Source: an uncultured Clostridia bacterium (lineage in GTDB: Bacteria > Bacillota > Clostridia > TANB77 > CAG-508). Taken from it: 64,000 nucleotides of DNA. This document shows positions 31,461 through 39,865 of the stretch, in pieces. Position numbers and translations under genes: made by a program. The notes below the pieces were generated by a model, which saw only the letters and a list, made by a program, of their open reading frames with translations, made no database searches and was not told where the DNA came from. Numbering within the stretch: position 1 is the first letter of the stretch; the number at the start of each line of letters is the position of its first letter. The DNA is taken from positions 3,255-67,254 of the forward strand of contig CAKPKQ010000004.1 of assembly GCA_934167305.1 (NCBI GenBank), given 5' to 3'.

Positions 31461-32198
31461 ATGATTTTAAAAATTATAACATTTAATGTTGCACATGGAA
31501 AAGGTATGGATGGAATAGTTGACCTACAAAGACAAGCAGATGTAATAAAAAAATACAATCCAGATATAGTTTTTTTACAAGAAGTAGATATGTATACTAA
31601 AAGAGCTGGTGAAAGAAATCAAATTAGAGAATTTAGTAAAGCAATAGGTCTATATTATTGCTCAATGGAAAGTAATATTACATTAGAAGAAGGATATTAT
31701 GGCGATGGAATTATTAGTAGATTTCCAATTTCATTCTCAACCAATTATTTAATGCCACTTACAGATATAAATCATGAACAAAGAGGAATTTTATGTAATA
31801 GAATTTCTTTTGGAACCACAAAAATAAACTTATTTTCTGTACATTTATCAACATACCAAGATGAAAGAATTTTAGCTGCAAAAGAAATAAATAGAATTAT
31901 AAGAAAAATAGATCCAAGTGAACTAATAATTATGGGCGGAGACTTTAATGTTGGAGTTACAAGACTTGGAAAAGGCAAATATACATTTGAAGAGTCGGAA
32001 ACATATGAAGAATATGAAATATTAAAAAAGCAATTAGAACAATTACCAAACCAAAAAAATACTTGGTTTTCAAATTTAGGAAATGGATGTATTGATACAA
32101 TTTTTTATTCTAAAGGTATTAGATTAAATAAATATGAAACTATAGAAGCAAACGGAGCATCTGACCATAATGCTGTATTTGCAGAGTTTGATATATAA
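31461..32198 (+). CDS. Endonuclease/exonuclease/phosphatase (EEP) family protein
   Basis: ITFNVAHG, FLQEVD, GGDFN and SDHNAV motifs of the EEP fold. Confidence 0.8.
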   Translation: MILKIITFNVAHGKGMDGIVDLQRQADVIKKYNPDIVFLQEVDMYTKRAGERNQIREFSKAIGLYYCSMESNITLEEGYYGDGIISRFPISFSTNYLMPLTDINHEQRGILCNRISFGTTKINLFSVHLSTYQDERILAAKEINRIIRKIDPSELIIMGGDFNVGVTRLGKGKYTFEESETYEEYEILKKQLEQLPNQKNTWFSNLGNGCIDTIFYSKGIRLNKYETIEANGASDHNAVFAEFDI

Positions 32199-32212
32199 AA
32201 GGAGAATTAAAA

Positions 32213-33895
32213 ATGACAGACAAGCAAAAAATGAAATTTAATGTATTAGCAATATTTTGTATATTGATATTTAGTTTTGCATTAACACCAATTACATTTC
32301 AAAATGACACATATTACACAATTAAAATAGGTGAACATATTGTTCAAACAAAACAAATTGATATGCAAGACCCATTTTCATGGCATGATAATTTACCATA
32401 TACATATCCACATTGGGCATATGATGTAGGAACTTATTTGATTTATAATTTAGGAGAAAATACTAGTATAGGTGGATTTTGTGCAGTATATATTGCTACT
32501 GCCATTTTATCAATGATATTAGGAGTAGTACTTTATTATACATCAAATAAATTATGTAAAAATCAAGTCGTTTCGTTTGTAATTTCAATGATAACAATGT
32601 TTTTATTAAAAAACTTTATTGCTGCAAGAGCACAATTGGTAACATTTATACTATTTGCATTAACTATTTTATTTATTGAGCAATTTATTGCTACAAAAAA
32701 GAAAAGATACTTTGTTTATTTACTTATAATTCCTATATTAATAGCAAATTTACACTGTGCTGTATGGCCATTTTATTTTGTATTGTATTTACCATATGTT
32801 GCAGAATATCTATTGGCTACTATTGCAGATTTACAATTATATTATTTACTTGCAATAAAGTGGAATGAGCTTAAAATAAAGAGATTGAATAAAAAAGGTA
32901 AAATTGATGAAGTTGGAAAATATCAAGAAAGAATAGCACATTTACAACTAGATAAAGAAAATTCAGCACAAGCAAGAAAGAGAAGAGAAGCCAAAGCATA
33001 TAAGGTAATTTTTAAAAAAGATCCAATAGTAAAGTGGCTTATAGTTATTATGGTAATTAGTGCTATTACAGGATTTTTAACACCTTTAGGAACAACACCA
33101 TACACATATTTAATAAAAACAATGAAAGGAAATACAACACAAAATATTAGTGAACATTTACCATTAACATTAATCAATAACACAGCAATGTTAGTTGTAT
33201 TTGCAACATTTTTAATGTTTTTAATATTTACAGATACAAAAGCAAGGCTAAGAGACTTTTTTATGTTAGCAGGGCTTACTTTATTAACATTTATGACAAG
33301 AAGGCAGTCATCAATTTTTGTTATAATATGTGGATTTATATTTGCTAAAATGGTTGCAAGTTTTGTACAAAAATATGACAAAGATAGTGAAGGAAAAATA
33401 ATAAATATTGCAACAACTTTATTAGGAAAAATATTTGTTGTTTTGTTTGTTGTATTAATAAGCTTTTTAATATATAGAGATAAAAGCAATGATAAATTTG
33501 TAAATACAAACACATATCCAGTAGAAGCTTCAGACTATATTTTAAGCCATTTTGATTTAGAAAATATACATTTATTTAATGAATATAATTATGGTAGTTA
33601 CTTGTTATATAGAGGAATACCAGTATTTATAGATTCAAGAGCTGATTTGTATGCTCCAGAATTTAATGGTGTAAAAAATAAATATGGAAAATATGAAGGA
33701 AGAGATATTTTCTCAGATTATATTAATACTTCTAATATTAGCAAATATTATGAAGATACATTTGAAAAATATAATATAACACATATAATAGTAAGAAGAA
33801 ATTCAAAATTAAGTATGCTTATATCAAAAGACAGTAATTACAAAAATCTATATCAAGATAATAATTTTGTAATTTATGAAAGATTGACAAAATAA
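32213..33895 (+). CDS. Polytopic membrane protein, possibly a GT-C-type (PMT_2/ArnT-like) glycosyltransferase
   Basis: About 12 predicted TM segments, a first loop containing acidic residues, and a soluble C-terminal domain. The family assignment was made by eye only. Confidence 0.4.
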   Translation: MTDKQKMKFNVLAIFCILIFSFALTPITFQNDTYYTIKIGEHIVQTKQIDMQDPFSWHDNLPYTYPHWAYDVGTYLIYNLGENTSIGGFCAVYIATAILSMILGVVLYYTSNKLCKNQVVSFVISMITMFLLKNFIAARAQLVTFILFALTILFIEQFIATKKKRYFVYLLIIPILIANLHCAVWPFYFVLYLPYVAEYLLATIADLQLYYLLAIKWNELKIKRLNKKGKIDEVGKYQERIAHLQLDKENSAQARKRREAKAYKVIFKKDPIVKWLIVIMVISAITGFLTPLGTTPYTYLIKTMKGNTTQNISEHLPLTLINNTAMLVVFATFLMFLIFTDTKARLRDFFMLAGLTLLTFMTRRQSSIFVIICGFIFAKMVASFVQKYDKDSEGKIINIATTLLGKIFVVLFVVLISFLIYRDKSNDKFVNTNTYPVEASDYILSHFDLENIHLFNEYNYGSYLLYRGIPVFIDSRADLYAPEFNGVKNKYGKYEGRDIFSDYINTSNISKYYEDTFEKYNITHIIVRRNSKLSMLISKDSNYKNLYQDNNFVIYERLTK

Positions 33896-33908
33896 AAGGA
33901 GAATAAAT

Positions 33909-34805
33909 TTGAAATTTGTTGTACAACAAGATGGAAAAAGATTAGATAAATATATTAGTGAGCAGAATACAGAATTGTCAAGAACAATGATTCAAAAACT
34001 CATTGATGAAAATCAAGTTTTAGTAAATAGTAAGCCACAAAAAGCTTCATATAAAGTTCAATGTAAAGATGAGATAATAATAAATATACCAGAACCAAAA
34101 GAAACAAATTTAAAATCACAAGATATCCCACTTGATATTATTTATGAGGACAATGATATTTTAGTTGTAAATAAAGCAAAGGGGATGGTAGTGCATCCTG
34201 CTGTTGGAAACCCAGATGGCACATTGGTTAATGCTATTATGGCGCATTGCAAAGATAATTTATCTGGAATAGGGGGAGAACTTAGACCTGGAATTGTACA
34301 CAGGCTTGACAAAGATACATCGGGCTTACTAATAATTGCTAAAAATGATAAGGCACATATAAAGCTAAGTGAACAAATTAAAAATAGAAAAGTAAAAAAA
34401 GTGTATTTAGCACTTGTACGAGGTGTTATTCCTGAAAATGAAGCAACTATTAATATGCCAATAGCCAGAAGCACAAAAGATAGAAAAAAGATGGCTGTTG
34501 ATAAAAATGGAAAAGTAGCAATTACTCATTTTAAAGTATTAAAAAGATTTGAAAAATATACATATGTACAAGTAACAATAGAAACAGGAAGAACACATCA
34601 AATTAGAGTACACTTATCTGAAATTGGTTATCCAGTTGTAGGAGATTATACATATTCAAATGGAAAAAATGAATTTAATGTAGAAGGGCAAATGCTACAT
34701 GCTAAAAGCCTTGATTTTGTACATCCGATTACTGGTGAGCATATGCATTTGGAGGCTCCGTTGCCTGAGTATTTTGTTGATATTTTGAATAGATTAGAGA
34801 GTTGA
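33909..34805 (+). CDS. rluD: RluA-family 23S rRNA pseudouridine synthase (RluD-type, S4 domain)
   Basis: HRLDKDTSGLL catalytic motif and GRTHQIRVH. TTG start after an AAGGAG RBS. Confidence 0.88.
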   Translation: MKFVVQQDGKRLDKYISEQNTELSRTMIQKLIDENQVLVNSKPQKASYKVQCKDEIIINIPEPKETNLKSQDIPLDIIYEDNDILVVNKAKGMVVHPAVGNPDGTLVNAIMAHCKDNLSGIGGELRPGIVHRLDKDTSGLLIIAKNDKAHIKLSEQIKNRKVKKVYLALVRGVIPENEATINMPIARSTKDRKKMAVDKNGKVAITHFKVLKRFEKYTYVQVTIETGRTHQIRVHLSEIGYPVVGDYTYSNGKNEFNVEGQMLHAKSLDFVHPITGEHMHLEAPLPEYFVDILNRLES

Positions 34806-34826
34806 AAAATAAGGAAGAAGTTAGAA

Positions 34827-35561
34827 ATGGAAGAAAGATTACAAAAATTCCTAGCTAATCAAGGGGTTTGCTCAAGAAGAAAAGCAGAGCAATACATATT
34901 AGAAGGAAAAGTAAAAGTTAATGGACAAGTTGTAACAGAACTGGGAACAAAAATAAACACAGATGTGGATAAGATTGAGTTTAATAATAAACTAATATCG
35001 AATGAAACAGAAAAAATTTATATATTATTAAATAAGCCAATTGGTTATGTAACAACTGTAAAAGATCAATTTGACAGACCAACTGTAATGGAATTTTTAA
35101 AAGAAAATGGTAAACCAATAAAAACAAAAGTAGTTCCAGTTGGAAGGCTAGATATGTATACATCAGGAGCTCTAATATTAAGCAATGATGGAGATTTTAT
35201 ATATCAAATTACACATCCAAAACATGAAATAAATAAAACATATCAAGTAACAGTTAAAGGAAAAATAACTGATTCTGAAATAGAAAATCTAAGAAGCGGA
35301 GTAGACATTGGAGATTATATAACAAAACCTGCTCAAGTAAGGATAATGAAAATAGATGAAGAAAAAAACATTTCAAGAATAGAAATTACAATACATGAAG
35401 GAAAAAATAGGCAAGTAAGAAGAATGTGCGAATCTATAGGAAAAAAAGTATTGGCATTACATAGAAGTAAAATAGGAAATATTGATGTAAAAGATTTAAA
35501 ATTAGGAAGATTTAGATATTTAACTGATAAAGAGGTAAAACAACTTTTGACTAATTTTTAA
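34827..35561 (+). CDS. RsuA/RluB-family pseudouridine synthase (S4 domain)
   Basis: GRLDMYTSGALILSNDG catalytic motif and EGKNRQVRRM. Confidence 0.88.
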   Translation: MEERLQKFLANQGVCSRRKAEQYILEGKVKVNGQVVTELGTKINTDVDKIEFNNKLISNETEKIYILLNKPIGYVTTVKDQFDRPTVMEFLKENGKPIKTKVVPVGRLDMYTSGALILSNDGDFIYQITHPKHEINKTYQVTVKGKITDSEIENLRSGVDIGDYITKPAQVRIMKIDEEKNISRIEITIHEGKNRQVRRMCESIGKKVLALHRSKIGNIDVKDLKLGRFRYLTDKEVKQLLTNF

Positions 35562-35667
35562 ATATGTGTTAATATAATACTGATTATTATTACTAATTGT
35601 AATGGTAATTATATGGTTAATATAACTAATTTTTTAGTCTTTAATAAAGATTAGAAGGGAGAAGAAA

Positions 35668-36609
35668 ATGGTAGAAGATAATGAAATAAAGGCAACTATA
35701 TCGCCTTTTGCAATTAGAGAGGGAGAAGTAAAAGTATTTGATGGTAAAGATGGCTATATTTCAATGAATCAAATTATTCATAGAATAAATATAGGGCATA
35801 TTACTGACTTGCACTTTTCTATTTTAGAACTAGTAAATGAATTTGAATTTATTACCTCAAGACAATTACTTCAAATGCTAGAATGGAAAGGAATAGAAGT
35901 AGGCTCTCAAGATAAATTAAATAATAAATTAGAGCAATTGGTAAAAACAAAAATATTAACAAGATATTATTTCAATTCAGAAGATGGAAAAGGAATTTAT
36001 AGAATTTATTGTTTAGAAAAAATGGGAAAGTATTTGCTTAACTCACGTGGAGTTGAATGTAAATGGCAACCTACAGATAATACAAAACCAGTTGCAATGA
36101 TAAAGAAAAGATTGGCTGGAAATCAAACATTAATTGCCTATTTAAGAAAGGTAAAAGCTTTTGATTCATATGTTCCAAAGCCAAGTTTTACAGCTAAACA
36201 AGCTGGAAAAGTATTTAAAGCAAGTGGAGGAAGTGTAAAATTAACCAAAAATAATAAATCAATTGAATTTGTATTTGAAGTTGTACGTAGAGAACCAGAT
36301 TGGGAGAAAAAGTTGGTTGACAAAATGAGATTATACAAAGACTTTTACGAAAACTTCCAAACAGGTGACTCTGGCTATACAACTATTCCACAATTGATAA
36401 TAATATGTGAAGATGACAAACATATGGCAGAAAGCTTTAAAGCTATAGTAATGAATAAAGTTGAAATATCAAATATAAAACTATATTTTACAACAGATTT
36501 AAGACAAAACGAAGAAACGTTAGAAAGAACATTAGTACATTTCGGAATAGACCCAGAAACTAAAAAATATAGAATGGAAAACATTGAAGTAAAATTATTA
36601 GGAATATAA
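35668..36609 (+). CDS. Replication-relaxation family protein (wHTH + PD-(D/E)xK-like fold), plasmid/ICE-type
   Basis: N-terminal winged-helix-like region (LHFSILELVNEFEFITSRQLLQML) and overall length and architecture of the Replic_Relax family. Assignment by eye. Confidence 0.45.
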   Translation: MVEDNEIKATISPFAIREGEVKVFDGKDGYISMNQIIHRINIGHITDLHFSILELVNEFEFITSRQLLQMLEWKGIEVGSQDKLNNKLEQLVKTKILTRYYFNSEDGKGIYRIYCLEKMGKYLLNSRGVECKWQPTDNTKPVAMIKKRLAGNQTLIAYLRKVKAFDSYVPKPSFTAKQAGKVFKASGGSVKLTKNNKSIEFVFEVVRREPDWEKKLVDKMRLYKDFYENFQTGDSGYTTIPQLIIICEDDKHMAESFKAIVMNKVEISNIKLYFTTDLRQNEETLERTLVHFGIDPETKKYRMENIEVKLLGI

Positions 36610-36610
36610 T

Positions 36611-36667
36611 AAAAAACTTTTTTGGATATTTATATTAAATGAAATCCAAAAAAGTTTTTATTTTTAT
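36611..36667. terminator. Bidirectional terminator between convergent genes
   Basis: AAAAAACTTTTTTGGAT / ATCCAAAAAAGTTTTT 16-17-bp stem. Confidence 0.8.
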
Positions 36668-36699
36668 ATATTAATATAAGCTATTCAACATATATAAAA

Positions 36700-37467
36700 T
36701 TAGAAATTCCATCTTTTTTCTATACTTTCTAGATTATCCCAAACAGCATTAAAATTATCTATATTATGTGTATTATGTTTTTCCTCGATACTAATTCTAT
36801 TATATAATAGTATAAACATTAGACAGAATACTTTTCTTATATTTTCGTTATGATTATATAGAAATGTTATAAGTTCATTAAAGTCTATATTTTTAGTTAT
36901 ATTATAATCAGAAAATATAAAATATATAAAGTCATATATGGCATCACCTATAATAGTTCTAGGATCTATTATACCCACAATTTTATTGTCTAAGTAAACA
37001 AGATTAAAACTTCCTAAATCTCCATGAATTAACTTTGGAATTATACAAAAAGTTTGCATTAATTCTAATTTATTTAATACTTTATGAGTTTTAGATAAAT
37101 ACTTGTCAGACATGTATTTTTTTTTGCTTTGAAATTCTGAGTATAAGAAGTCGTTCCAGCTTTTTTTTGGAGTTAATATATCTCCATATCTTCCATTCTC
37201 CATGATAATATAATTATTAATCATATCATATACATCTAATATAAGCATTTGACAATTATTTTCATAATCTAATCTGTTACCATATATATAATTGTAAATT
37301 ACAAAATTATTTTCTGTGTTTTCTTTTAGAATTTTCTCTACTGGCAATATATTAGAATAACTCTTTATAAAAAACTGTTCAGAAATAAGGGTTGTTCGCG
37401 GAGCAACTTTTACAATGTATTTTCCATTTACTAAAATTATTTTATTTTTTATTTTTATCACTCCCAT
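36700..37467 (-). CDS. Aminoglycoside-phosphotransferase-fold (APH/choline-kinase-like) kinase
   Basis: HGDLGSFN catalytic loop and IIDPRTIIGDAIYD metal-binding segment. Overlaps the upstream gene by 26 nt and is extremely A+T-rich. Confidence 0.7.
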   Translation of the reverse strand: MGVIKIKNKIILVNGKYIVKVAPRTTLISEQFFIKSYSNILPVEKILKENTENNFVIYNYIYGNRLDYENNCQMLILDVYDMINNYIIMENGRYGDILTPKKSWNDFLYSEFQSKKKYMSDKYLSKTHKVLNKLELMQTFCIIPKLIHGDLGSFNLVYLDNKIVGIIDPRTIIGDAIYDFIYFIFSDYNITKNIDFNELITFLYNHNENIRKVFCLMFILLYNRISIEEKHNTHNIDNFNAVWDNLESIEKRWNF

Positions 37468-38485
37468 TTTTCAAGGTTAAGTTTATGAAATTAAATAATT
37501 CATCAATATTTTTTTCATTTTGATAAATTTTATATATTGATATTTGTTGAGTATCAAGTAAAGGAATACTTGGGTTTTCAAATATGCTAGAAAGATATCT
37601 TATAGTGTCATACGAACCGCATCTTCTATTTCTTTGAAGAACTTCAGCTTTTTGGTTTTCAGTCAATTCTATTATGCGAATATGTTCAAGTTCAGGAAAA
37701 TAAAGAGGAATTATAATAAAACTTACTTTTACCTTATTTATTAATTTTATATTATAGATATCTTGTAACTCATTAACCTTTATATTAAACTTTTTTTGTG
37801 AATATAAATGAAAATTAAAATCTGATACATATAAGAATTTATCTGCGAATTCTGTTTTTTCCATTATAGCTTGCTTAATATTAGGATTTAACACTGATGA
37901 TAAAGTACCTAAACGTATACCGACACGTGAAGGAGAACCTACTGCAATAAGATTATTGTTTTCTTTTTTTAAAGCTAAATGTGAATTACTAACGAAATTA
38001 AATCCAGATTGAAGAAGATAATTTAGTATTGTTGTTTTTCCAGAATTTCTTTCTCCTATTATAACTATGCCACTGGAATTTTTTTCTACACAAGCTGCAT
38101 GAAAATATGAATAATTTGACCTTTCTAAAAATAAACCAAATATACTTATTAAGTTCTCACCAATAAATTGAATAAGATTATCTGTAATATTATTATATAG
38201 AATAAAAATCTCATCTTTTTTGCAAGATATAATAATACCGTCCCTATCTTTTAAATATATAAAGTTATTAACAGATGATGATTTATGAGAACTGATTAAA
38301 CTCTCGTATTTGTATTTATTTATGTAGATATATAAATTAAAATTAACTTTTAGAGAATTTGTATCAAAAGTATAATAATTACCATATTCCATTTTTAATT
38401 TTTTTAATAACTCGTCAACACAGATAATCTTAATAGATATGCCCTCATTTTTTACATAATTGATTTTCACTTTTTCTTCTTTCAT
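37442..38485 (-). CDS. HPr-kinase-related P-loop protein (HprK C-terminal-like)
   Basis: HAACVEKNSSGIVIIGERNSGKTTILNYLLQSG matches the HprK-type H-x-(gvll)-G-x-SG-x-GK-[ST]T core. An AAGAGGAA RBS lies inside the end of the rSAM reading frame. Confidence 0.6.
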   Translation of the reverse strand: MKEEKVKINYVKNEGISIKIICVDELLKKLKMEYGNYYTFDTNSLKVNFNLYIYINKYKYESLISSHKSSSVNNFIYLKDRDGIIISCKKDEIFILYNNITDNLIQFIGENLISIFGLFLERSNYSYFHAACVEKNSSGIVIIGERNSGKTTILNYLLQSGFNFVSNSHLALKKENNNLIAVGSPSRVGIRLGTLSSVLNPNIKQAIMEKTEFADKFLYVSDFNFHLYSQKKFNIKVNELQDIYNIKLINKVKVSFIIIPLYFPELEHIRIIELTENQKAEVLQRNRRCGSYDTIRYLSSIFENPSIPLLDTQQISIYKIYQNEKNIDELFNFINLTLKNGSDKNKK

Positions 38486-38642
38486 ATTCCTCTTTCATCC
38501 CGTTTTTTGTTAGATAATCATTTATATACTTTTTTATTTTTAACTTTGCAGAACACCAACTATCTTCTGCAAAATTATAATCATTATGCAATATATAAGC
38601 ATTGGCTGGACAGCCGTCCCATGCATTCACTATAAATTTCAC
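38445..38642 (-). pseudogene. Out-of-frame C-terminal continuation of the radical SAM/SPASM gene
   Basis: This frame reads ...WDGCPANAYILHNDYNFAEDSWC.... Joined to CGTCEIYSEC it completes CX2CX5CX3C-gap-C. Confidence 0.7.
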
Positions 38643-39597
38643 ATGTTCCGCATTTTCCAGATTTTATTTGCTCATTTCTATAATCAACAATCTTTTTGAT
38701 TTTTTCTAATAAAATAGCAATATCTATGTCATTGATATTTCCATAAAAAAATTCTTTATTATTATATGTTCTATTACATGAATATAAATTCCCATCTGAA
38801 TCTAGTGAAATAAAGTTTAAGGCACATTTACCAGAAGTTGCACAAGATTTATTACTATATGAACTATCTAGACATTTTACAAATTCATCGTAAATTTCTT
38901 TTATTTGAGTGAGACGTACATTGTCATCTGAAGTATCCTCTATCCATATATTAAATAATTTTTTAAAAAATTTAAAGTAGCTTTCATTAGTCATAAAATT
39001 GATATCCATAGAATTATTGCACTTAAATGCAGGACGGATATTACAATTTAATTTATTGTTACGTAAAAATTCATATAATTCGTCCTCTTTATTAAGTATT
39101 TGGTTAGTTAAAGTCATTATTATTCCAAAATTAATGTTTTCTTTCTTTAATAAATCAATTTTTGATAAAACATCTGTAAATGAATTTTTATTATTTTTAT
39201 ATACTCTAAATTTATTTGTTATTTCATCATAACCGTCAAGACTTATTCCTACATGGACATTATATTTTTTTAGGATAGCTGTGATATTTTTATTAAGTAA
39301 TGTTGCATTGGTTTGAATACTAAATCTTGCGTTAGGGTATAATTTTTTTATTTGCCCTAACAGTGCATCATAATTTTGATAGTTAATAATTAATGGTTCT
39401 CCACCATGAAATATTATTTCACTTGAAGCATTAGTATTAGGCCAAAGCTTTTTTATGTATTTAATTATGTTTGGAATTTTTGATGCAAATTCTTCATTTT
39501 CTTTTATTAAATTAGTGTGGTTATTCTTATCATAACAATATTTACAATTTAAATTGCAAGAATTAGTTGATCTAAATATAATTGTAAAATTTCTCAT
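38584..39597 (-). CDS. Radical SAM enzyme with SPASM domain (frame as annotated stops inside the SPASM motif)
   Basis: CNLNCKYC (CX3CX2C) near the N-terminus, GGEPL, and SPASM part 1 CALNFISLDSDGNLYSC (CX10GX4C). The ATG at 39597 follows a GAAAGGA RBS. Confidence 0.85.
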   Translation of the reverse strand: MRNFTIIFRSTNSCNLNCKYCYDKNNHTNLIKENEEFASKIPNIIKYIKKLWPNTNASSEIIFHGGEPLIINYQNYDALLGQIKKLYPNARFSIQTNATLLNKNITAILKKYNVHVGISLDGYDEITNKFRVYKNNKNSFTDVLSKIDLLKKENINFGIIMTLTNQILNKEDELYEFLRNNKLNCNIRPAFKCNNSMDINFMTNESYFKFFKKLFNIWIEDTSDDNVRLTQIKEIYDEFVKCLDSSYSNKSCATSGKCALNFISLDSDGNLYSCNRTYNNKEFFYGNINDIDIAILLEKIKKIVDYRNEQIKSGKCGTCEIYSECMGRLSSQCLYIA

Positions 39598-39663
39598 AAC
39601 TTTGTATCCTTTCACATATAAAATAGAGCCCACTATATAATATAATGGGCATGCTTTGTGGTG

Positions 39664-39840
39664 TTAATAGCTATCGTCATATCTTGAAGTGTCATCATAA
39701 TGAGAGTCAAAATATCTATCATCAGCTCGATCACTATGTCTATCATGATAGTAAGAATCATTGTAATTATCTCTATGAACTAACTCACTATTAAAAGTAA
39801 AATTGCCTTGAGAGAAAAATTCTTCTAATCTATTACTCAT
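39664..39840 (-). CDS. 58-aa candidate RiPP precursor peptide (not in the ORF track)
   Basis: The ATG at 39840 lies 7 nt after an AAAGGAG RBS. Translation: MSNRLEEFFSQGNFTFNSELVHRDNYNDSYYHDRHSDRADDRYFDSHYDDTSRYDDSY*. It lies 25 nt after the upstream gene and 66 nt before the rSAM start. Confidence 0.65.
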   Translation of the reverse strand: MSNRLEEFFSQGNFTFNSELVHRDNYNDSYYHDRHSDRADDRYFDSHYDDTSRYDDSY

Positions 39841-39865
39841 AATTACTCCTTTCTATTACTAAAAT

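Noticed and set aside
35562-35667. att-like direct repeats delimiting the 35.6-42.4 kb segment (compared with 42242-42400)
   Set aside because: Only short A+T-rich matches (about 10-11 nt, for example AATATAATACT) were found by eye. These are not convincing in a genome this A+T-rich, and there is no integrase to go with them.
38445-38642. 65-aa ORF listed in the track as a separate gene between the rSAM and the HprK-like gene
   Set aside because: Its sequence (WDGCPANAY...SWC) is the missing C-terminal part of the SPASM motif. It starts at a GTG inside the rSAM gene without an RBS. I interpret it as the frameshifted rSAM C-terminus, not an independent gene.
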